Shown: piece by piece, positions 1 through 8,425 of the stretch | Layout of the letters: each line of letters begins with the position of its first letter | Position numbering within the stretch: the stretch's first letter is position 1 | From: a bacterium | GTDB taxonomy: Bacteria > Bacteroidota > Bacteroidia > CAILMK01 > JACPUW01 | Length of the DNA: 51,137 nucleotides | Assembly: GCA_016124515.1 (NCBI GenBank) | Contig: WGNN01000010.1 | Location: forward strand, 1 to 51,137 | Direction of reading: 5' to 3' | Made by a program: the position numbers and the translations under genes | The notes under the pieces: model-generated | What the model saw: only the letters and a program-made list of their open reading frames with translations | What the model was told of the DNA's origin: nothing | Databases searched by the model: none

Positions 1-1173
1 AACCAAAAGCGTTTTGAGCGAACTACCTGGTTTCATATTGGTTTGCCTTTTTTTGGCGAATGGCTCATAACACAGGCGCACAATGGCGAGCACACACACA
101 AAGGAGAGTGGGCACAGGCATGGGACTTTGAAGTAAGGGGCTCCAATGGCAAAACGTTCAGAAGCTCAGGCAATTTTCCCGAGCATTATTTCTGCTATAA
201 TTTGCCGGTTATTGCAGCGCAGGCGGGCTATGTGGTGGCTGTGGAAGACGATATTGAAGACAATGAAATAGGCAAGCCAAACATGGTGAAAAACTGGGGA
301 AACACGGTGGTTATCAAGCATGCGGAGTATTTGTACACCAAGGTTTCGCACCTGAAAGCCGGCACCATTGAGGTAAAAGTAGGCGACTACGTGAAGAAAG
401 GAGATTTGCTGGGCAATGTGGGCAATTCGGGTCGTTCGCCGGTGCCACACCTGCATTTTCAAATACAGGCCACACCCTACATTGGCTCCAAAACACTTTG
501 GTATCCAATTGATTATTATGTAATAAATAATGATGGAAACCACGAGTTGCACGAATTTGAAATTCCGCAAAACCAACAACTCATCAGCAGTTTTAAAACC
601 AATTTGCTGCTCAAGAAAAATTATGAATTTGTGCTTGGCCAAAAGTATAAGGTGGAGTATGAGATGAACGGAAAAACATATATGGAAAACTGGGAAGTAT
701 TTGCCACAAGCCTGGGTAAAAAGTATGTTTTTTGCCACGAAACAAGGGCACTTGCATATTTTGTAAACGACGAAAGCAACTTCTATTTTACCGATTACCA
801 GGGCCACAGAAAAGGTGCGTTGTACTACTACTTTCTATGCTCATACAAAGTAATGCTGGGTTTTTACCAAGGCGCTCAGGTTCGCGATTCGGTGGCGCTG
901 CATCAGGTTTACAGCCAATATGCGCTATTTGCACACGATTTTGTGGCACCATTTACCACCTTGGCTCAGGTGCACTATGAGCTTAACTACCAGCATGTTG
1001 ACGACCCCATGTTTAGCAGGGAAATGCTGCTCAACGGAAAACTTAGTATTAAGTCAATTTTCAATACGCGCGATTTCCTTCATTTTGAACTTAAAATAGA
1101 AGAAGATGCGTACCAACAACTATCAGTAACCAACAACAAATTGAATTTCAAAGCAAAAATTATCAGCGAATGA
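1..1173 (+). CDS. M23-family (LytM-like) peptidase domain protein, 5'-truncated; probably the C-terminal part of a larger membrane fusion protein
   Basis: Frame 1 is open from base 1 (NQKRFERTTWFHIGLPFFGEW...), so the start lies upstream of the window. M23 motifs: THKGEWAQAWDF, WGNTVVIKH, SHL, GxVGNSGRS and PHLHFQ (HxH). A ~200-aa non-M23 C-terminal region follows. Confidence 0.85.
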   Translation, partial: NQKRFERTTWFHIGLPFFGEWLITQAHNGEHTHKGEWAQAWDFEVRGSNGKTFRSSGNFPEHYFCYNLPVIAAQAGYVVAVEDDIEDNEIGKPNMVKNWGNTVVIKHAEYLYTKVSHLKAGTIEVKVGDYVKKGDLLGNVGNSGRSPVPHLHFQIQATPYIGSKTLWYPIDYYVINNDGNHELHEFEIPQNQQLISSFKTNLLLKKNYEFVLGQKYKVEYEMNGKTYMENWEVFATSLGKKYVFCHETRALAYFVNDESNFYFTDYQGHRKGALYYYFLCSYKVMLGFYQGAQVRDSVALHQVYSQYALFAHDFVAPFTTLAQVHYELNYQHVDDPMFSREMLLNGKLSIKSIFNTRDFLHFELKIEEDAYQQLSVTNNKLNFKAKIISE

Positions 1174-2366
1174 GAACCACGGTTTTTATAATATGTATTT
1201 TGGGTGCTTGCCGCCTGCAGGCACAATCATTTGACTTTACCAAAGATCAAATTGATAAAATAACGCTCAACTATTATTACAATGAAAATTGGGCGGGAAT
1301 TATTGACCTTGGCGAACGTGCCATAAAAAATGGTGTATCATTCGATTACCTGCATTATCGCTTGGGCGAAGCATACTACGCAAATAGCGACTATACCCAT
1401 GCCTTAAAACACTTCAGGAAAATTTTGAACACTTTTTCAAACGATGCCTTGCTGCAAGAGTATTATTATTATTGTCTGGTGTTTACCAATCGCTGGCGCG
1501 AGGCGGTGGCATTTTTGCCTGCTTGCGATACCGGTTTTACCAACAAACTTGATGTTGGCAACTCTAATGTACTTGAAGCTATTTATGTAGAAGCAGGGTT
1601 TAAATTTTCAAGCTTGGCGGCAGCTGCGCCTAACCAAAACATTGGCACCATAGGCTACCGACAAATAGGCCTTAATTCGCGCTGGAGCCACCATTTGCAC
1701 ACTTATGCATCGTATGCCACGCTAAACCAAAGTGCCTATTGGGGCAGCTATTTGCAACAGGAAACCAATATCAGCGGGGCTTATTTTCTACGTCGTGGTT
1801 GGTCTTTGTTTGCCGCCGTTGATATAATAGGTCTTGACCGTACCATATTAGCCACTCCCGATTTTCCTGAGTCAACCGAATTTTTGATAGACCAAAGTTA
1901 TTATGGCGGCATAGCCAAACGATGGACGCACCTGATGTTTGAGGCGGGCGGTAGCTATTCAAAACTGTATGATACCCCGCAAAGCCAGGCCATGTTTGCC
2001 GCACATTATTATCCTATGGGCAACAACAGTTTGGTGCTTTCGGCATTTGGTACTTTACATCACGAAGCCGATTCAACCACCGCGCTTTTCAAGTTCAGAT
2101 TGGGCAAGCAGTTGGGCGAAAAGTTTTGGATATCAGCTGATTATTATGCTGGCAACTCGCGCAATGTGATAGAGGAACGTGGCACTTTTGTCAATTATTC
2201 CATTGATGCAACTACCAGCCGATGGGGCCTGCTTTTGTCCTATGCACCCGCACCAAAAACCCAATTGTTTTTAAATGCTCAATATGAAAACAAGTGGGAT
2301 GATGCGCTTGCCACGAAATATACATTTTCTACTGCCATTATTGGATTTAAATATTTCATAAATTAA
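1170..2366 (+). CDS. Exported TPR-containing protein with a probable C-terminal outer-membrane beta-barrel
   Basis: Signal peptide (MRTTVFIICILGACRLQAQ), a TPR-like helix pair (HYRLGEAYYANSDYTHALKHFRK), then alternating aromatic/amphipathic strands ending IIGFKYFIN. ATGA overlap with the upstream gene. Confidence 0.65.
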   Translation: MRTTVFIICILGACRLQAQSFDFTKDQIDKITLNYYYNENWAGIIDLGERAIKNGVSFDYLHYRLGEAYYANSDYTHALKHFRKILNTFSNDALLQEYYYYCLVFTNRWREAVAFLPACDTGFTNKLDVGNSNVLEAIYVEAGFKFSSLAAAAPNQNIGTIGYRQIGLNSRWSHHLHTYASYATLNQSAYWGSYLQQETNISGAYFLRRGWSLFAAVDIIGLDRTILATPDFPESTEFLIDQSYYGGIAKRWTHLMFEAGGSYSKLYDTPQSQAMFAAHYYPMGNNSLVLSAFGTLHHEADSTTALFKFRLGKQLGEKFWISADYYAGNSRNVIEERGTFVNYSIDATTSRWGLLLSYAPAPKTQLFLNAQYENKWDDALATKYTFSTAIIGFKYFIN

Positions 2367-2381
2367 TAAAAAAATAACACC

Positions 2382-2996
2382 ATGAGAACCGCATTTTTGT
2401 TCATTAGTTTGCTTTTGGCACTGGGTCCTAACGCCAAGGCAACCACACCTGAAGAGCTGCAAAAGGCTTTTTCAGAAAGTTACACCTACGAAACCAATGG
2501 CAAATACACCGAAGCCATCAACGTGCTGAAAAAGGTGTATGATGCTTCATCGTATGAAATTAACCTGCGTTTGGGCTGGTTGCACTATTTAGGTGGCTTG
2601 TTCACCGAGTCTTCAACTTATTATAAAAAGGCTGTAGAGCTCAAAACCATGTCGATAGAAGCCAAACTGGGATATGTATTGCCCGAAGCTGCTATGGGCA
2701 ACTGGGAAAAAGTAAAAAACACCTACCTGGAAATTATCATTATTGATGCCAACAATTATACCGCAAATTACCGTTTGGGTTCGGTTTATTATGGCCAAAA
2801 AGATTATAAAACAGCCTATAAGTATTTTCAGAAAATTGTTAATCTTTATCCTTTTGACTACGACGCGCTGCTCATGTTTGCATGGACCAATTTTCAGTTG
2901 GGAAAAGTAGGCGAAGCCAAAATTCTGTTTCAGAAGGTGCTGCTTTACAGTCCCAACGACGAGAGTGCCCAAGAAGGCCTTGGCTTGATAGAATAG
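2382..2996 (+). CDS. Periplasmic tetratricopeptide repeat protein
   Basis: Signal peptide followed by repeated TPR motifs (NLRLGWLHY...YKKAVEL, NYRLGSVYY...FQKIVNLYP, AKILFQKVLLYSP). Confidence 0.85.
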   Translation: MRTAFLFISLLLALGPNAKATTPEELQKAFSESYTYETNGKYTEAINVLKKVYDASSYEINLRLGWLHYLGGLFTESSTYYKKAVELKTMSIEAKLGYVLPEAAMGNWEKVKNTYLEIIIIDANNYTANYRLGSVYYGQKDYKTAYKYFQKIVNLYPFDYDALLMFAWTNFQLGKVGEAKILFQKVLLYSPNDESAQEGLGLIE

Positions 2997-3021
2997 TATC
3001 TTTTTACAATTTTTACCCGAT

Positions 3022-3060
3022 TTGCCCCGCTAAAAAATCATTGGCGGGGCAAGCCGTTTT
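3022..3060 (+). terminator. Probable intrinsic terminator after the TPR operon
   Basis: Hairpin TTGCCCCGCTAA / TTGGCGGGGCAA (one G-U pair), 25 nt after the stop codon, with a short T tract after it. Confidence 0.6.
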
Positions 3061-3201
3061 GTGCCTGTGTCAAATAAATAAGACCGCATTTTGGCCACTA
3101 TATAAATTGGAAAAGATAAGTTTGCCTGTGCTTTAAGTCAGCCGACGCAGCAACCACAATTGAGTGCGTTATAAAGACTTGTGGCACAAATTGTTATTTG
3201 C

Positions 3202-4950
3202 ATGAACAAAGCAGCCAAACCAAAGGGAAGACCACCAAAACCCAATATGTTTTTGGTATTGAAACCATACCGCCCGCTCATCATACTACTCGTATTGTTT
3301 GCACTTATAAGCAACGGAGTAAACCTGATAATTCCAAAAATAATTTCGCATGGTATTGATACTTACACAGATGGAAGCTTCTCAACGAACGAATTGATTT
3401 GGAAGTTTGCCCTTGCCATCTTGTGCATTTTTGTTTTTGAGTACCTGCAAAGTATCGTTCAAACCTTTGCATCAGAGAGAGTAGCCCGCGATTTGAGGAC
3501 CCAATTGTCTGACAAAATCTCGGCACAGAGTTTTGCTTATGTCGAAAAAACAAGCCCGTCGCGTTTGCTTACCAACCTTACCTCCGATATTGATTCTATA
3601 AAGATGTTTGTTTCTACGGCTATTGTGTCCATCACATCTTCTTTATTTATCATAATTGGCGCAAGTGTGTTGTTGCTTTCCATCAATTGGAAGTTGGGAT
3701 TGGCCGTTATTACCATTATTCCGCTTATCGGGGGTACATTTTTCTTGGTTTTGCGCAAAGTTCGGGTGCTTTTTGTACGCGGGCGCGAGGTAATTGACTG
3801 GCTCAATAAAGTTATAAATGAAAGCATCCTGGGTGCTGCGTTAATTCGCGTGGTAAACTCGCAAATGGTTGAGTACAATAAGTTTATAAAAGCAAATACC
3901 GAGGCAAAGGAGATTGGCCTTGGCATACTCAAATTATTTGCTACCCTTATTCCCATTATTACATTTGTTGCCAACCTTGCCACCCTTACCGTGCTGGTGC
4001 TTGGTGGGCATTTTGTTATAAACAACACCATGTCGCTGGGTGAATTTGCCGCTTTCAATAGTTATATAGCGCTGCTCATTTTCCCTATTATTATCATAGG
4101 TTTTATGAGCAATGTTATTGCACAGGCAAGCGCTTCTTATGCGCGTATCCATGCCGTATTAAATGCCGAAAACACCCAAACCGACGGCACTGTGGAAAAA
4201 GAACTACTTGGCAGCATTGAGCTGAAGGAAGTAAGTGTACGCTATGGCGATAAGAAAGCACTTGATAAAGTGAGTTTTGCTGTGCCGAATGGTTCAAAAA
4301 CCGCGGTTATCGGACCAACTGCCGCCGGTAAATCGCAGCTGCTTTACTTGCTTACCGGCCTGATAGAACCCACTGAAGGAACCATTTATTTTGATGATGA
4401 AGCGGTCAAGAATTATAATAGGGCTTCGTTTCATCAGCAAGTGGGCTTTGTGTTTCAAGACAGTATAGTTTTTAATATGAGCCTGCGCGAAAATATTGCT
4501 TTCAACAAAGAAGTAACCGACGCCGATTTGCAGCGGGCTATTGACACTGCTGAACTTGCCGAGTTTGTGAAGAAACTGCCCGATGGCCTTGAAACTATCG
4601 TTTCGGAGCGTGGCAGCAACCTTTCGGGTGGACAAAAACAACGCATCATGCTGGCACGTGCATTGGCTTTAAACCCCAAGGTATTGTTACTCGATGATTT
4701 TACCGCAAGGGTTGACTCCAATACCGAGCGACAGATACTGCAAAATGTAGAAAAAAATTACCCCGGAATCACCTTGCTCTCCGTTACCCAAAAGATAGCT
4801 TCGGTAATGCACTATGATAAAATAATATTGTTGATGCAAGGCGAGGTGGTAGCGGTTGGAAAGCATGAAGAATTGATGAAAAGCAGCTCGGAGTACGTGC
4901 AGATTTATAATTCTCAACGAAGTACAAGCAACTATGAATTACAATCTTAA
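3202..4950 (+). CDS. ABC exporter (type IV) half-transporter, TMD-NBD, subunit with degenerate Walker B and switch
   Basis: Six-helix TMD, Walker A GPTAAGKS, signature LSGGQ, Walker B LLLDD (Glu replaced by Asp), switch SVTQ (His replaced by Gln). ATG at 3202 preferred over GTG at 3181. Confidence 0.9.
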   Translation: MNKAAKPKGRPPKPNMFLVLKPYRPLIILLVLFALISNGVNLIIPKIISHGIDTYTDGSFSTNELIWKFALAILCIFVFEYLQSIVQTFASERVARDLRTQLSDKISAQSFAYVEKTSPSRLLTNLTSDIDSIKMFVSTAIVSITSSLFIIIGASVLLLSINWKLGLAVITIIPLIGGTFFLVLRKVRVLFVRGREVIDWLNKVINESILGAALIRVVNSQMVEYNKFIKANTEAKEIGLGILKLFATLIPIITFVANLATLTVLVLGGHFVINNTMSLGEFAAFNSYIALLIFPIIIIGFMSNVIAQASASYARIHAVLNAENTQTDGTVEKELLGSIELKEVSVRYGDKKALDKVSFAVPNGSKTAVIGPTAAGKSQLLYLLTGLIEPTEGTIYFDDEAVKNYNRASFHQQVGFVFQDSIVFNMSLRENIAFNKEVTDADLQRAIDTAELAEFVKKLPDGLETIVSERGSNLSGGQKQRIMLARALALNPKVLLLDDFTARVDSNTERQILQNVEKNYPGITLLSVTQKIASVMHYDKIILLMQGEVVAVGKHEELMKSSSEYVQIYNSQRSTSNYELQS

Positions 4951-6706
4951 TAAACTACTGGAAGGAGAGAAGGATAAAAAGGTCAATACTTTTTCGTCGC
5001 TCAAAAGCCTGCTAAACCTAATACACAACGAGAAGAAAAACCTGGTTGTGGCCTTTGCCGCCATTATAGTCAATTCGTTGTTGTTGCTTATTGGCCCGCT
5101 TATTATTGGCTATGCGGTTGACAACTACGTGCAAACCAAAGACTTTGATGGCGTATTGCGCTATGCCTTGGTGCTGTTGGCTATTTATCTTACGGCTTTG
5201 GTGGCCAACTACCTGCAAACCATATTGATGGGCGGCATAGGGCAGCGCATGTTATACGAACTCAGAAATGCCATTTTTACCAAATTGCAGGAGTTGCCGG
5301 TGGCTTTTTTCAATCAAAACAAGGCGGGCGACCTCATTTCGCGCATCAACAACGATACCGATAAACTCAATACTTTTTTCTCGCAATCGCTCATGCGCTT
5401 TATCGGCAGTTTGATAACGATGGTGGGGGCGGGTATTTTTTTGCTGTCAATAAATATTGAACTTGGCTCCGCAGCATTGGCTCCTGCGGTTCTTATCTAT
5501 TTGTTTACCAAAGTGGTATCGCCCTGGATTAAAAAGAAAAATGCCATCAGCCTTAAGAGTGTAGGTGGTTTAAGTGCCGAAATTCAGGAAAGTCTCAACA
5601 ACTTTAAAGTAATAATAGCCTTCAACCGACGCGATTATTTCAGGAAGCGTTTTAAGGAAGTAAACGAAGAAAACTATAATAACGCCGTATGGGCAGGGCT
5701 GGCCAACAACTTGTTGATGCCGGTATATGGTTTGTTTACCAACGTGGCGCAAATGATAGTGCTGCTTTTTGGTATTTATCTCATTTCGGCGGGCAGTTTT
5801 TCGGTTGGTTTGTTGGTGAGTTTCTTTGCTTATGCCAACAGCTTTTACAGCCCGCTAAGACAGCTAGCCGCCCTTTGGTCAAGTTTTCAGGTGGCCCTTG
5901 CCGGCTGGGACCGCATTGCCAAAATACTGGCAATGGAATCAAACCTAACCACGCTTGAAAACAGTGCAGAAACGAACACGAAAAGCGATTTTCTGCTTGA
6001 ATTCAAAAACGTTCATTTTGCATACCCCGGGGGAAATGAAATTTTGCACAACATCAATTTTAAACTGGAAAAGGGTAAAACTTATGCACTTGTGGGGCCT
6101 ACCGGCGGCGGAAAATCGACCACTGCTTCACTAATTTCCAGGTTGTACGATCCGGTAGAAGGAACGGTGTTTTTTCAAGGGCGCGATATGAAAACCCTAA
6201 GCCCGCAAGAACGAAGCAAAAACATTGGATTTATTTTGCAAGAACCATTTTTGTTCAGCGGAAGCCTGCGCGATAATATTCTCTACGGCAATGAACACTA
6301 CAAGGATATTGACAATGCGGCGCTTGAAAAAGTAATAAAAGATGCCCACCTTGGGGTGCTTTTAGAAAAATTTGATGACGGATTGGAAACCCAACTTACG
6401 GTAAGCGGTGATGCGGTGAGTTTAGGTCAAAAGCAGCTGATAGCCTTTATTCGCGCGGTATTGCGCCAGCCCGCCTTGCTTATTTTAGACGAAGCAACAG
6501 CCAATGTGGATACGGTAACCGAAAAATTGCTGGACGATATTCTAAACCATTTGCCAAAGGAAACCACCAAAGTAATTATAGCGCACCGCCTCAACACCAT
6601 TGAAAGTGCCGATGAGATTTTCTTTGTCAATTCAGGGGAAGTAATACCCGCGGGTTCAATGCAACATGCGGTGGATATGTTGCTTCACGGCGAAAGGGCT
6701 TCGTAG
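4934..6706 (+). CDS. ABC exporter (type IV) half-transporter, TMD-NBD, partner subunit
   Basis: Walker A GPTGGGKST, Walker B LILDE, H-loop IAHRL, non-canonical signature VSLGQ. Overlaps the upstream gene by 17 nt. Confidence 0.9.
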   Translation: MNYNLNKLLEGEKDKKVNTFSSLKSLLNLIHNEKKNLVVAFAAIIVNSLLLLIGPLIIGYAVDNYVQTKDFDGVLRYALVLLAIYLTALVANYLQTILMGGIGQRMLYELRNAIFTKLQELPVAFFNQNKAGDLISRINNDTDKLNTFFSQSLMRFIGSLITMVGAGIFLLSINIELGSAALAPAVLIYLFTKVVSPWIKKKNAISLKSVGGLSAEIQESLNNFKVIIAFNRRDYFRKRFKEVNEENYNNAVWAGLANNLLMPVYGLFTNVAQMIVLLFGIYLISAGSFSVGLLVSFFAYANSFYSPLRQLAALWSSFQVALAGWDRIAKILAMESNLTTLENSAETNTKSDFLLEFKNVHFAYPGGNEILHNINFKLEKGKTYALVGPTGGGKSTTASLISRLYDPVEGTVFFQGRDMKTLSPQERSKNIGFILQEPFLFSGSLRDNILYGNEHYKDIDNAALEKVIKDAHLGVLLEKFDDGLETQLTVSGDAVSLGQKQLIAFIRAVLRQPALLILDEATANVDTVTEKLLDDILNHLPKETTKVIIAHRLNTIESADEIFFVNSGEVIPAGSMQHAVDMLLHGERAS

Positions 6707-6715
6707 GTTTTCGGG

Positions 6716-7405
6716 TTATTTTTTAATAATCCGCACTTCGGTTCTGCGGTTTTGTTGCCTTCCATCTGCGGTGCCATTGTCGGCCACGGGCATGGTTTCG
6801 CCATAGCCAACTGCAACTATCCTATTGCCGTCTATTCCCTTTTTTACCAGGTAGTTGCGTACCGCGTTGGCACGTGCTTCGCTCAGTTCAAAATTGCTTT
6901 TTTCGCTGCCTATGCTATCGGTGTGGCCACCCACTTCAATTTGCATATTGGGTTTTAGTGTCATGAGCTCCGCCAAGTCGTCAAGTTCGGTGTATGAGGA
7001 TGGTTTCAGGCTGCTTTTTCCGGTATCGAAAAATACATTGTTGAGGGTAAACAACTTGGGCAACTCAAACTTGATGGTCAGTTTCATAGTGCCATATCTT
7101 TTGCCGGGTTCCAGTTTGGGTATTTCTATGGTTGAGTAGTCTTGCGCGTCGCCAATGGCTTTTATTTTTATTTCATATACATCGGGGCCGGGCAGGCTTA
7201 TGGCAAATTGGCCAGTGGCATTGCTAACGGCTTTATATGTTTTGCCCGATTTTTTGGCAATAAACCAAATGCGTTCGCCCTGTTGTGGCACATCTTTAAA
7301 ATTGGTAACCAAGGCTATTATATTGGCCTCAGTGGTTTGAGAAAAACCTTTGGTAAAAACGCCAAAAACCATTGATAAACCGAAAAGAAAGGGTAGGAGC
7401 TTCAT
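6716..7405 (-). CDS. OmpA-family (OmpA_C peptidoglycan-binding) protein with an N-terminal beta-sandwich domain
   Basis: Signal peptide from ATG 7405 (MKLLPFLFGL...FSQ). OmpA_C motifs VFFDTGKS, GHTDSIG, LSEARANAV and NRRTE. Confidence 0.9.
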   Translation of the reverse strand: MKLLPFLFGLSMVFGVFTKGFSQTTEANIIALVTNFKDVPQQGERIWFIAKKSGKTYKAVSNATGQFAISLPGPDVYEIKIKAIGDAQDYSTIEIPKLEPGKRYGTMKLTIKFELPKLFTLNNVFFDTGKSSLKPSSYTELDDLAELMTLKPNMQIEVGGHTDSIGSEKSNFELSEARANAVRNYLVKKGIDGNRIVAVGYGETMPVADNGTADGRQQNRRTEVRIIKK

Positions 7406-7490
7406 AAAACAAATTTTTACTGATTGTAGAAAATGCAAGCCTGTGTGGCAAGTACAGTATAATATGTTGTTTAGGCTAAAAAGTAACCTT

Positions 7491-8390
7491 CTATAAGTCT
7501 CCTAAAAAATCGTGAAGTTCCTGCACTTCTGCTTTGCGAAGGGTGTCGCCCAGTTTGTCGTAGCTGTTTACCAGGTTTTTAAGTACCCGCATAATGATAA
7601 TGCGGTTGTGGCAAGGCTCAAAATATCGTTCTTCAATGGGCAGCGATGCTTGTTTCAAAAACCGGTCAATGTTGTACTTGCTAAAAATAGCACCGCCATT
7701 GAAGGGGTTTACATAAAACAGAATTTCGCCTGCCACATTATAGGGTATTATACCTTCGTTTTTAAAACTGTGGTTGTTTTCCAAATGGCTGTCGTCTTTG
7801 TAAGCCAAAATGAAATGCTGCGGAAGGTCAACCCCAAAAATGGGCAGGTACAACCGCTGCGCCACTATTGAGTAGAGAATAGAAAGCGAAATGGGATTGC
7901 CTTTTCGGTTGTCAACCACTTGGTTGAGGTAGGAGTTTTCGGGTGCGTAATAATTTTTGTTATCCCCTTGAAATCGGTATTTCCCAAAAAAGACTTCGTT
8001 GATGATACGGACATTATCGAGCGGCGAAAATTTGTAGTTGAGTCTCAACCAAATATCGAGTTTTATTTTGTCGATGTACGACACAATAGGAGCGAGGTCA
8101 AGTTCGGGATAGCGGTAGCGGGCCACAAGGTAAAAGCCTGTTAGCAGGTCATCGCTGTTGTGTTCATACCATTCTTTAAACAGCGTTTTAATACCGCCCA
8201 GGTGTATGCTTTTAAGCACTTCGTTCAGGCGCTCGTGTTGCAGCTCGTTTTCGGCCCGCATGGCAAATTCTGAAAGCAAAGCCGAAATTGCTTCGCCCTG
8301 CTCCAGCAGTTTGCTGCGCACGTGTTGGTACACGTCGCGGTCTTCATCGTCTATCAAACTGATTAAAGCCTCTATTTCCGATTGTTCCAT
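7491..8390 (-). CDS. Transglutaminase-like (SirB1 / Transglut_core2) domain protein
   Basis: Motifs FQGDNKNYYAPENSYLNQV, RKGNPISLSILY, GVDLPQHF and YVNPFNGG. Confidence 0.85.
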   Translation of the reverse strand: MEQSEIEALISLIDDEDRDVYQHVRSKLLEQGEAISALLSEFAMRAENELQHERLNEVLKSIHLGGIKTLFKEWYEHNSDDLLTGFYLVARYRYPELDLAPIVSYIDKIKLDIWLRLNYKFSPLDNVRIINEVFFGKYRFQGDNKNYYAPENSYLNQVVDNRKGNPISLSILYSIVAQRLYLPIFGVDLPQHFILAYKDDSHLENNHSFKNEGIIPYNVAGEILFYVNPFNGGAIFSKYNIDRFLKQASLPIEERYFEPCHNRIIIMRVLKNLVNSYDKLGDTLRKAEVQELHDFLGDL

Positions 8391-8425
8391 ACCTTGGGAT
8401 TAGACTTCAATCTACATAATTTTCC

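Noticed and set aside
2996-6706. ABC exporter pair as part of the M23/TPR system
   Set aside because: A terminator-like hairpin and about 200 nt separate them, and nothing in the sequence links them functionally.
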